A stretch of DNA of 64,000 nucleotides, from the sequence record MH051335.1; one strand, written 5' to 3'. The translations under genes and the position numbers were made by a program. Each line of letters opens with the position of its first letter. Position 1 is the stretch's first letter. Source of the DNA: Escherichia phage vB_EcoM-Ro157lw. Shown here piece after piece: positions 37,247-45,941 of this stretch. The notes beneath the pieces were generated by a model. It saw only the letters and a list, made by a program, of their open reading frames with translations. It did no database searches and had not been told where the DNA came from.

Positions 37247-39499
37247 GGTCCAGTTCATTGAAGAGTGATCAGGGTCGATTGGCACATAATCCACGCCTTC
37301 CTTTGCAAGTTCACGTAATATCGCAATCGTCTGGTCTTCGTCCTTGGCAGCGCGTAAGCAAGCAGCGGCAAATTCCAACGGATAGTGTCGTTTAAGCCAC
37401 AAGGTCCAGTAGGTCACGACCGCGTATGATACGGAGTGTGACTTGTTAAATCCCCATGACCCGAACGTCGCCATTGCTTGCCAAAGCTTTCTTGCATCAG
37501 CTTCCGGTACGCCGTTATTTATTGCGCCTGCAACGAAGTCTTCGCCAAGCTTGTTAAAGTATTCCTCACCCTTACGGCCTGACATCGCCTTACGTACAGC
37601 GGATGTCTTCGCCCAGTCAAATGAACCAATCTCTTTAACCACGGCCATGATTTGCTCTTGGTAAAGAAACACGCCGTAAGTCTCTTTTAAGTACGGCTCA
37701 AGCTGCGGCACGTCGTACTCAATCGGCGCACGTCCTGCCGCGCGTTCGATGTATTTCTGGGCCATACCGGATGACAACGGGCCAGGTCGGCCAAGTGCTG
37801 TCAGGTTATCGATTTTGTTAAAGTTATCAACGTGCACAAAGTTGGTTACTGAGCGTACAGCGTCGCCTTCGAACTGGAAGATTCCTGACATCTTATTTTC
37901 GTTAAGGATGTCAAGGACGCTTTGATCATTGAGCTTGATTCCGTACAGTGTTTCAGCATCTATCACGCCAGTATCAGAAATGATGCCGAGGGTACGAAGG
38001 CCCAATGCATCAAGCTTCAAAAGGTTAAGGTATTCGCTGTCAGGCTTATCAATTTGTGCAATCCCTTCCGCCGTTACCGTACAGTAATCAGAGATTGGAT
38101 CATTACACACGATGATTCCCGCTGCGTGAACGCCAGTGTGGGAAGGGTGAATTTCAAGGTCACCCATGCATCGCGCGGCATCAGGATATTTAGCCACAAA
38201 CTCTTGGCCCGTGGTCGTTGTTGCAAAGGTGTCCTCCAGGCCGTGGCCATAACGGGCGTCACCGGATGAGTATTCAAGCAATGCGTTTTTAATGTTGGCC
38301 GTTTCGTGATATCCAATGTTGAATTTCTTACCAACCTGAGCCATTACTGAGTTGGCCTTAAGCGTGTTGATGTTGCCAAGCTTTGCAACGTTCATTTCGC
38401 CGTATTTTTCTTTAAGGTAATCAAACACCATATAGCGTTTGGTATCCTCAAAGTCAATATCAATATCAGGAAGGTCTGCGCGGCTTACGTCAATGAATCG
38501 GGCAAACAGTAGCTTATACGGGATTGGGTCAACTTCCGTGATGCCGAGGCAATAACAAACCAGTGAACCAGCCGATGAGCCGCGAGCGGGTCCGACGAGC
38601 ATTTTTGTTTTTGCGAATCGTACAAGGTCCGCTACCACCAGAAAGTATGAGTCGAAATCTTTCAGCTGAATCTGGTGAATCTCTTCGTTGAATCGGTCCT
38701 CATATTCCTGAGTCCATTCTTTGATGTGGCCTGCCTTAAGGCGGTACTCCATCCCCTCACGAGCAAGCTTTACCATGTCACCAGCAAGGTGGATAATCGG
38801 TGCCTTGCGCAGCTTCAGGTCAAGTCCCACGATTCCGTTTGCAATGTCAACTGCATTGGCCGTTGCTTGATTCAACTCATCTTCGGTCAATATTCCTTTA
38901 AGCTGTTTGCGCAAGTCTTCCGCGTCAACGATACAGTGCGGCTTGACCGTGTCGCGCACTTCCCAAGCATAAGCAAAGTCAACGTGCTCAGGTGAAGGCA
39001 TGTGGTTGTATCCGGTTAAAACCAGCGGCCTTCCGTTGCTGCGGTGAGCCAATACCTGGCGCTTGGCCAAAAGGAACGATGATGGGTTGACGTCTATATA
39101 ATCGTAGTCCTCTGGCCGCAGCAACTCCACGGCCCCGCCACAGAATTTAACGACGCCATCGAGCGCCCCGAACTCTGCACGGGTCAGTCCGCCGCGCTGT
39201 GTTGCAAGCGTGGTCGCGTTGTAAAAGGATTTCAGGTCAAGCGCCAATATCCAAGCCTTCGGTTTGAATCCCTTTTTCGGGTCCGCATCAGGGTCGATGA
39301 TTGGAATTTCCATGCCGAACATAGGCTTAATATCATTTTTCTGGCACTCCTTTTCCCATCGAACGTGACCCCATGTATTGTTATCAACTAATGCCGCGAC
39401 TTCGCAGCCCAACTCTTTGAGCCGTGCTATAATTTCAGGATGCCGTCCATATACTTCTTTGAACGTGTAACCGCTGCGAACTCTCAATTGTGGAAACAT
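37112..39499 (-). CDS. dnaE: DNA polymerase III alpha-like replicative polymerase (PHP plus polymerase core), N-terminal 795 aa
   Basis: N-terminal PHP-like domain and large polymerase core; TAATG overlap with the upstream exonuclease gene. Confidence 0.75.
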   Translation of the reverse strand: MFPQLRVRSGYTFKEVYGRHPEIIARLKELGCEVAALVDNNTWGHVRWEKECQKNDIKPMFGMEIPIIDPDADPKKGFKPKAWILALDLKSFYNATTLATQRGGLTRAEFGALDGVVKFCGGAVELLRPEDYDYIDVNPSSFLLAKRQVLAHRSNGRPLVLTGYNHMPSPEHVDFAYAWEVRDTVKPHCIVDAEDLRKQLKGILTEDELNQATANAVDIANGIVGLDLKLRKAPIIHLAGDMVKLAREGMEYRLKAGHIKEWTQEYEDRFNEEIHQIQLKDFDSYFLVVADLVRFAKTKMLVGPARGSSAGSLVCYCLGITEVDPIPYKLLFARFIDVSRADLPDIDIDFEDTKRYMVFDYLKEKYGEMNVAKLGNINTLKANSVMAQVGKKFNIGYHETANIKNALLEYSSGDARYGHGLEDTFATTTTGQEFVAKYPDAARCMGDLEIHPSHTGVHAAGIIVCNDPISDYCTVTAEGIAQIDKPDSEYLNLLKLDALGLRTLGIISDTGVIDAETLYGIKLNDQSVLDILNENKMSGIFQFEGDAVRSVTNFVHVDNFNKIDNLTALGRPGPLSSGMAQKYIERAAGRAPIEYDVPQLEPYLKETYGVFLYQEQIMAVVKEIGSFDWAKTSAVRKAMSGRKGEEYFNKLGEDFVAGAINNGVPEADARKLWQAMATFGSWGFNKSHSVSYAVVTYWTLWLKRHYPLEFAAACLRAAKDEDQTIAILRELAKEGVDYVPIDPDHSSMNWTIANGKLIGGIMNAKGYGMVKAMKYIEAREAGTLTQKQKDALANR

Positions 39500-40041
39500 T
39501 ATTTACTCCAGATGTCATATACGCCAATTTGTTGGCAGACTTTGTGCAGTAATATTACGTCGTCTAATGCACGGTGCTTCTGTTCATATTTTCCGAAATA
39601 TAATTCATACAGCTCTTGAAGCTTAACTCTTCGGCCAAAAATAGGCAAGGTTTGCTCGACTGTACAAATGTTTATTTCTGGAAAATTAACATCACCAAGT
39701 GTAAGACCTTCGCGCTGTAATGCATAATCAAGGATGTTCTTATCGAATGCATGGTTGTGCGCGATAGTGGCATCAGTCTTCTTGAAGATGTCTTTTAGTT
39801 GCGGAACGAAATGAATAAAGGGTGGATTGCACTCAAGGTCTTCATTGGTTAATCCGGTAATCTTTGTGATGATTTCTTCAATCACAATTTCAGGATTAAT
39901 TATGAACTCGAACGTTTCAAGAATCTCTTTGCCGTCCGTCAACAGGCCTGCAAATTCAATAGGGCGCGGCTGCATCCCAAGCGGTGCTTTCGGGTGCACG
40001 GTTAATCCGGTTGTTTCGAAGTCATAAGGGAGAAATAACAC
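39499..40041 (-). CDS. dnaQ: DnaQ-like 3'-5' proofreading exonuclease (DEDDh)
   Basis: Exo I DFETTGL, Exo II HNHAFD, Exo III HRALDD. Confidence 0.75.
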   Translation of the reverse strand: MLFLPYDFETTGLTVHPKAPLGMQPRPIEFAGLLTDGKEILETFEFIINPEIVIEEIITKITGLTNEDLECNPPFIHFVPQLKDIFKKTDATIAHNHAFDKNILDYALQREGLTLGDVNFPEINICTVEQTLPIFGRRVKLQELYELYFGKYEQKHRALDDVILLHKVCQQIGVYDIWSK

Positions 40042-40094
40042 ATTGGCCTCCTACAAAAGGCCGCCCATTAGGACGGCCACAGATTCAAGATTCG

Positions 40095-40646
40095 TTATGC
40101 AGTGTACGGAGTACCATCTTGATTCAACCGCACGATGAACTTAAGGTCGACGCCGATGATTTCACGCGTATCAAAGATCACATAGTTGTAACGACGCTGA
40201 CCAGCAATATTTGGGTTGGTGTGAGAGTCAGTTACAACTTCCTGCGCAACCTGAATGCCTTCTTCTTTAAAGAACTTGCGCCATTCAGCGAGTTCAGCGG
40301 CAGTCACGTGCATACCAAGATGGCTAACCTGATTGTCGTGTGCATCAATATATTCGATGTTTTCGTTAATCCAGTTGCGACCTTTCGTGTAGTCAAGAAT
40401 TTCAAGTTCAAGAGGCTTACCAGCGCCGCCATCGGTGCCGTTGCCAGCTTGATAGTTGAAGCGCAAGTCAGCTTCGTTGGTGCAATCGCCGCGCTGACCT
40501 TTAAAGTCATCAGCTTCAAATACGCGACCAGTAGCAACAACATGATCATGGAACCATTCTGTCAGGCCGATTTTAGCCAGAAAATCCTGTGCGCGCTGAG
40601 CATCTGGAATTGACAGGGCGATTTGTTCAATTTTAAAGTGTGGCAT
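40095..40646 (-). CDS. VOC-family (glyoxalase/bleomycin-resistance/dioxygenase fold) protein
   Basis: Two beta-alpha-beta modules with IEQIALSIPD and SHLGMHV metal-site-like patterns; motif-level only. Confidence 0.4.
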   Translation of the reverse strand: MPHFKIEQIALSIPDAQRAQDFLAKIGLTEWFHDHVVATGRVFEADDFKGQRGDCTNEADLRFNYQAGNGTDGGAGKPLELEILDYTKGRNWINENIEYIDAHDNQVSHLGMHVTAAELAEWRKFFKEEGIQVAQEVVTDSHTNPNIAGQRRYNYVIFDTREIIGVDLKFIVRLNQDGTPYTA

Positions 40647-40666
40647 TTTGTTTCCTTAATTAAATA

Positions 40667-40837
40667 TTATTGATTAATTACTGTGTTGCCTTCGATGGAA
40701 TAAGTCTCAATGGAACCGACGCGCTCGTGGTTAATCTTTGCGTTTTCGATTCTTATTACTTCAAATCCAACGCCTTCTTGATCAATCTTCACTTCTGCCA
40801 CGTCGCCAATCACTTCTACAACAACTTTGATAGTCAT
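40667..40837 (-). CDS. small hypothetical protein (56 aa)
   Basis: Translated by hand: MTIKVVVEVIGDVAEVKIDQEGVGFEVIRIENAKINHERVGSIETYSIEGNTVINQ; fills the gap between VOC and SDR genes. Confidence 0.3.
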   Translation of the reverse strand: MTIKVVVEVIGDVAEVKIDQEGVGFEVIRIENAKINHERVGSIETYSIEGNTVINQ

Positions 40838-40840
40838 GAT

Positions 40841-41524
40841 TTATTTCCCAAATGGAATATCAGTACCAGACATAAAGCGCCATGCGCCCGTAATTAAGAT
40901 ATGGCGAATGAAGTCAGCAATTACTTGCGGCTCAGTCTCCAATCCGTTCATCAATGCCTTTTTCTGGTATTCAGCGGCATACTCAGGAGTCCAGCCGCGA
41001 GTCGCGCAAACAGCATCTTCAATCTGTTTGGACATGCCAGTACCACGTAGCTTGTTAGGACTAATAGAGAATACCGTGATCCCGTATTTAGGCGTAAGCT
41101 CGTGAGCCATCTGCTTGCTAATCATAAGCGCAGCAGCCTTGGATGCATTATAACACAAGCTGGACGTCATAGGAATATGCGCAGCATTAGAAACGATATT
41201 GATCACAAAACCTTTGTTGTCGATAAGACTTTTCAGCGCGGCCTGAGTCGTGTTGACGAAAGAGAAGGCGTTGGTGTGCATAACGCGATTGAACTCTTCG
41301 TAGTTAACATCTTCGAACCAGTTGTTGGAGTTGACGCCAGCGCAGTTGATCAAGCCTTCTACGTCGTATTGAGAGAGAAGCTCTTTCATCTGTTTCGCGT
41401 TACGGATGTCATAGCCGTTCTCCAAATCAATACCGACAACTTCATGACCGTAAGCGCCAAGGGTGTCAAAAATGGATTTACCAAGACCGGAATTGCAGCC
41501 AGTTACAACAATTACTTTTTTCAT
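40841..41524 (-). CDS. short-chain dehydrogenase/reductase (SDR)
   Basis: Cofactor motif VTGCNSGLGK (TGxxxGxG) and catalytic YNASK (YxxxK). Confidence 0.7.
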   Translation of the reverse strand: MKKVIVVTGCNSGLGKSIFDTLGAYGHEVVGIDLENGYDIRNAKQMKELLSQYDVEGLINCAGVNSNNWFEDVNYEEFNRVMHTNAFSFVNTTQAALKSLIDNKGFVINIVSNAAHIPMTSSLCYNASKAAALMISKQMAHELTPKYGITVFSISPNKLRGTGMSKQIEDAVCATRGWTPEYAAEYQKKALMNGLETEPQVIADFIRHILITGAWRFMSGTDIPFGK

Positions 41525-41589
41525 TTATTTATCCTTTTTGGACTTCGTTTCGATGAGATAAATATAACTCATCGAAACGCACAAGTAAA

Positions 41590-42462
41590 CTATTTATTGA
41601 AATTAATATTATGGGTGTTAACAAGACGTTCACACATGGCGCTGTAAACACCATCATCGTGTATAGAGTCTTCGTGCTTCAGGCCGCTGATTGCGAAGCG
41701 TGTAAGCTTGACAATCTTAAGCTCGAACAGATGCCACATGTGGTAGTCTTCCGGCGTTTTCAACGTCACGCCATTAGGGAAAAGCACTTGCATAACCTGA
41801 CCTACCATCACAGCGTTATCGCCATAGACAGCGTTGCGCTCACGGAAGGTTGCTGCCATTGCATCAAGAATATCGGCGGCAGTTGCCGGAGATTGTTCAA
41901 CTTCCACAGCCTTAGTCTCTTCTTGCCCTGTTGCGCTTGGATCAATTGCTAATTGTTGCACCACTTCACCTGCCTTGCAAAGATTAAATGTAAAAGCGAT
42001 TTTATTTTGAGCAACGGAATTATAATACAATGCTTCATCTTGCATCCGCGCGAGTACGTCTTGTCGGTCGTCGAATACATTGATGATTCGATAATCGCCG
42101 TGCCGCAATGCGTGCGATAGCCATGCAGATTTCATAATAGTTGATGGACGTTTGTCGCCATAGTCTCTCATCTTGATTGTAAATTCATCAAAAGGAAAAA
42201 CATTATCCAGACGTTCAAAAGTCACTTGTCTGTATTTTTCTGGCCTTGCAGTCCAATATTCAACCGCCTCACCGCGAAGAGATGCCGACTCTACTGCTGA
42301 TGCAATGTGAGGATAGAACTGATCATAACCAATACCGCTGTGATAGTCATCATAGTCTGACGACGGACCTGCCACCTTTATGCGGTCTAAGCGCCAACGG
42401 TCATCAAACAGCGTTCCGTCAAGGTCGAATACATTTAAGATTTCGCTGTTTTTAATGCTCAT
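41590..42462 (-). CDS. HAD-family phosphatase domain fused to a C-terminal domain of unknown function
   Basis: Motif I FDLDGTL (DxDGT), later NVFDDRQD; C-terminal 140 aa alpha-helical with acidic patches. Confidence 0.5.
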   Translation of the reverse strand: MSIKNSEILNVFDLDGTLFDDRWRLDRIKVAGPSSDYDDYHSGIGYDQFYPHIASAVESASLRGEAVEYWTARPEKYRQVTFERLDNVFPFDEFTIKMRDYGDKRPSTIMKSAWLSHALRHGDYRIINVFDDRQDVLARMQDEALYYNSVAQNKIAFTFNLCKAGEVVQQLAIDPSATGQEETKAVEVEQSPATAADILDAMAATFRERNAVYGDNAVMVGQVMQVLFPNGVTLKTPEDYHMWHLFELKIVKLTRFAISGLKHEDSIHDDGVYSAMCERLVNTHNINFNK

Positions 42463-43289
42463 CCTTTTGATACTCCATCTTTAGCAACTGGATTGTTGGT
42501 GATTGGCATCGCACTCCAAAACTGGATGCGCAACTCTTCTTGCTGTGCCGTGGTATCCATCCAATCACGATACCAAGGGCAATGGGCTTTGCCATGACGA
42601 GGAAACGCGCATTTACCCATACCGATGCATTGCGGCTGTAATAATGGATTTGCCCACGGGTGCACCTTGAGGACTTCCGCAACCATTGCGCGGAATACTT
42701 CTTGATACTCGCCTTGAGTGCGCGTGCACAAGCGGTTTGACGCCATCTGCTGCAGCGTGCGCAAGTTGAACTTTGCCATGATATGCGTTTGCATATTAGA
42801 AGGCAACACGGCACGTGCATCTTGAATCTCTGCGCCAGCCGCGCGAAGCTCTTGATACAAAGCATCGATAGTCGCCATCGCATCATCCCACTTCTCTGCT
42901 AAGTATTGCTTTTGAAGTAAAGATTGGTGCTCTTCATCAGTCCCAAACGCTTCACATTGATCAATCAACTCTGGATTTTGGTGTGAGAATGCCTTCGGAC
43001 GAATCGCATCAAATGCAGACGACTCCTGAGCGCGGCTGGTACGTTCTTGATATGCGCCTGTGCGTGTGCGCACCATCTGATGGGTCATGTTCTTTGAAAC
43101 ATCGGTGATGTCAAAGATATAGTCCACAAAGTCAAAAGGCGACTTGATTGTATCAAGCATGTAGCGCCAGTGCTCTTGCTTCTCTGATTCCGTCATCTCA
43201 GAGACAGGCTTGCCAGTCATGCGCGTGTTCTTTGTTTCCAGCAAAAGGTCAAGTGCATCTTGGGTGTATCGAATTAATTTAACTTTCAT
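42459..43289 (-). CDS. thyX: flavin-dependent thymidylate synthase ThyX-like, with Cys-rich C-terminal extension
   Basis: RTRTGAYQERTSR aligns with ThyX motif RHRxxxYxQxSxR; VLPSNMQTH...PW matches the conserved ThyX C-terminal block; extra CIGMGKCAFPRHGKAHCPW tail. Confidence 0.65.
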   Translation of the reverse strand: MKVKLIRYTQDALDLLLETKNTRMTGKPVSEMTESEKQEHWRYMLDTIKSPFDFVDYIFDITDVSKNMTHQMVRTRTGAYQERTSRAQESSAFDAIRPKAFSHQNPELIDQCEAFGTDEEHQSLLQKQYLAEKWDDAMATIDALYQELRAAGAEIQDARAVLPSNMQTHIMAKFNLRTLQQMASNRLCTRTQGEYQEVFRAMVAEVLKVHPWANPLLQPQCIGMGKCAFPRHGKAHCPWYRDWMDTTAQQEELRIQFWSAMPITNNPVAKDGVSKG

Positions 43290-43302
43290 TTTAATTATCC
43301 TA

Positions 43303-43749
43303 TTAACGGTAGTTCACTAGTTGCTGATCACCAGAGAAGGTGCAATGATAAACAAATTGTGCATTATAAAGCAACTGAAAACTTTTCTTTGGTTCACTAT
43401 TAGCACTCATCGATGTGAATACTTCTGCACCGGAACGGTTTTCACCGATTAAGTTGACAAAGCCGCCAGTTGTGCGAGGTTGAACGAAAGTGAAACGTTG
43501 CATCCACGGAGTCCGGTTGACACCTTTTCCGGTGAATCCTTGAATCTGAATATTCAGACCTTCTTGCTCATTCACACCGATGTAAGTGGTAATCTTCGCA
43601 CCAGTCGTTGCTGCGGTCTTACCGTCCATCGCTTCGCAATCATAAACAGCGATTGAATCGGAAGTACGGATGGCAGCTTCAGTCGCTTCCATATACATGG
43701 TGCCGAGAATAGCAGTTGCGGCAAGCGCGATTCCAGTGATTCGTTTCAT
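43303..43749 (-). CDS. secreted protein (148 aa) with N-terminal signal peptide
   Basis: MKRITGIALAATAILGTMYMEATEA signal-like N-terminus. Confidence 0.45.
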   Translation of the reverse strand: MKRITGIALAATAILGTMYMEATEAAIRTSDSIAVYDCEAMDGKTAATTGAKITTYIGVNEQEGLNIQIQGFTGKGVNRTPWMQRFTFVQPRTTGGFVNLIGENRSGAEVFTSMSANSEPKKSFQLLYNAQFVYHCTFSGDQQLVNYR

Positions 43750-43814
43750 TTTCGTTTCCTCTATGAGTTCTGCTTCAATGATTAAAGTATACGCCCATTG
43801 AAGCAGAAAGCAAA

Positions 43815-44810
43815 TTATTTATTAGCAATATAAGCAAATTTTTGATAGTTATTTGCTTTGATGAGTTTTTCAACTTCAACAAGATCATGAGCGACGTCAT
43901 CAAGCAAAATGTTTCGCCAGGTAGCAAATCGACCGACACTAAACACGTTCAAATCCATAGTCAGCTGCAGGAGTAAGGCGTGTCGCAAGTCTTTCGGAAT
44001 GTCGACAATCTTTCCATATTTCTGGTCGACCTTTTCAACTTCTTCAAGAGCGATGTCACTCCATGAGAGGCCAAATGCCGTCAGCACCTCGTCGACTTCT
44101 GCGCGCAGCTTGATGTCACGGTAACGAGTGATGCCGCCAGCGGCTTCAACTGCAGCTTCACTTACGCTGACCAAAGGAATTGTTTCAATGATAAGCGTGT
44201 CACCAGTAATTGATGCGCGGTAAGTTCTGACGGAGTAGTCAGGGAAGTAAATTGTCTGATACAAATCACACTTACGTTTAATCTTAAAGCGGTAAACACG
44301 AATGTTTGCTTTATCAAATGAGAAATCAAGCTTTTGATCAATCCCAGCCAGCTTCATCATGACTGGCAGCGGCGACGTGTTGATGATTGGCGTCTCGCTA
44401 TAGCCGCAAAGAGTATCAACCGGAGTATTAAAGAATATGCGGTCACCCAGTTTGTCGACAAGCTGATCATAAAAGTCATCAGGCGCAATATAACGCGTTG
44501 CAGTCTTAAGATTCATGATTGAACGGCTGCCAAACTGATTGGTGACCTTCATGGAATACATATTGGCAAGGTTGATTGGGCAATGGTCGTGGTAGTAGTT
44601 GCCGCGAAAATACACAGCCTTGTCAACTGTCACTGCCTTAAAAGGGATTCCGGTAATACGGCTTACTTCTTCGCCACGGAAGCGTAGCAGCGCCTTGTGC
44701 TGTTGCGCTCGCTCCCCTGCTTCGTACACAACAGAGTTCGGGAAGTGACACGCTGTGATAAGTCCTGCCAATCCGCCGCCGATAATCATTACAGGTTGTT
44801 TCATGTTCAT
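43815..44810 (-). CDS. FAD/NAD(P)-binding Rossmann-fold oxidoreductase
   Basis: N-terminal dinucleotide-binding motif VMIIGGGLAGL; family not assignable by eye. Confidence 0.5.
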   Translation of the reverse strand: MNMKQPVMIIGGGLAGLITACHFPNSVVYEAGERAQQHKALLRFRGEEVSRITGIPFKAVTVDKAVYFRGNYYHDHCPINLANMYSMKVTNQFGSRSIMNLKTATRYIAPDDFYDQLVDKLGDRIFFNTPVDTLCGYSETPIINTSPLPVMMKLAGIDQKLDFSFDKANIRVYRFKIKRKCDLYQTIYFPDYSVRTYRASITGDTLIIETIPLVSVSEAAVEAAGGITRYRDIKLRAEVDEVLTAFGLSWSDIALEEVEKVDQKYGKIVDIPKDLRHALLLQLTMDLNVFSVGRFATWRNILLDDVAHDLVEVEKLIKANNYQKFAYIANK

Positions 44811-44942
44811 TTGTCCTTTGTGGGTGATATGAGAAGTATAATAGCTAAATTATTTTACAGCAACAAGTCATTTTATTTAGTACAGATGAAAAAAGACCCA
44901 CAACAAGTGTGGGTCAATTACCGCTGCATAACCGTCCTAAGG

Positions 44943-45782
44943 TTATTCCGCTTGATCACCGTCTTCGGCATCTTCGTTGGATTCAACATCGACAAACTCG
45001 ATGTGGCCCATCTCTTCCAGCTTGCTCAGGTAGGAGCGAACGGAAGCGCCAAACAGTTGATCTTTAACTTTTTCGCCCAGCTCATCGATAGACTGCGCCA
45101 CGCCAACTTCGCCTTCTTTGATCGCCGCCAGAACGCGTCCACGGGTGGAATGCTCTTGCGGCTGGCTCAGGCCATTGCCAGTGTAGATGAAGTGGGTTGC
45201 TTTTGCGCGACGCTGACCGTTTGCCTTTTTAGCAGCCTTACGTTCTGCGATGGCTTTGCGACGTTCTTCAGCTTCTTTCTTACGCTGTTCTTTCTGCTTT
45301 TCTGCAGCTTCTTTAGCCGCAATCTTAGCAGCTTCACGCTCTGCCTTGCGTTTCGCTTTAGCTTCTTCTTTGGCCTTCTCTTTTTCGGCCTTCGCTGCAG
45401 CACGGGCTTGATCACGCTCTGCTTTCTTAGCAGCAGCTTGTTCAGCTTTCAGGCGCTTGGCTTCTTCTTTGGCCTTTGCCTTTTCGATTTCTTTTGCTGC
45501 TTTAGCGGCTTCACGCTCTGCTTTCTTAGCAGCTGCTTTTTCTGCACGCTCTTTGGCTTTCTTCGCTGCTTCTTCAGCACGTTTCTGTGCTTTCTCATCA
45601 GCGGCCTGCTTGCGTTTCAGTGCAGCTTCTTCACGCTTGGCTTGTTTTTCCTGCTCACGCTTCTGGCGTTTTTCTTCGGCTTCTTTCTTTTTAGCCAGGC
45701 GTTTTTCTTCAGCCACGCGACGACGTTCTGCTGCAGCTGCTTGTTTTTCTTCTTTAGATAATACTTTGATTGCTTCGGCCAT
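44943..45782 (-). CDS. Lys/Ala/Glu-rich low-complexity protein with small globular C-terminal domain
   Basis: About 200 residues of KxAExxAK-type repeats, then about 80 non-repetitive C-terminal residues. Confidence 0.5.
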   Translation of the reverse strand: MAEAIKVLSKEEKQAAAAERRRVAEEKRLAKKKEAEEKRQKREQEKQAKREEAALKRKQAADEKAQKRAEEAAKKAKERAEKAAAKKAEREAAKAAKEIEKAKAKEEAKRLKAEQAAAKKAERDQARAAAKAEKEKAKEEAKAKRKAEREAAKIAAKEAAEKQKEQRKKEAEERRKAIAERKAAKKANGQRRAKATHFIYTGNGLSQPQEHSTRGRVLAAIKEGEVGVAQSIDELGEKVKDQLFGASVRSYLSKLEEMGHIEFVDVESNEDAEDGDQAE

Positions 45783-45941
45783 ATTCACAGTCCTTAAATA
45801 AATTAGTTTATTTTATATTCCCCGTTTGGGATAACTTAATTATGCCTTCAGTCGCCGCCAGTAGCAACTAAAAACTCTGGCGGCAATGCCACTTTAATTA
45901 AACTGATTTTCAGTTTTATTTTTCGTAAATTTACGTCAACA

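Noticed and set aside
44697-45761. 354-aa plus-strand ORF rich in Phe/Leu/Cys
   Set aside because: It is the antisense reading of the Lys/Ala/Glu repeat gene; the low-complexity composition and absence of start signals indicate a shadow ORF.
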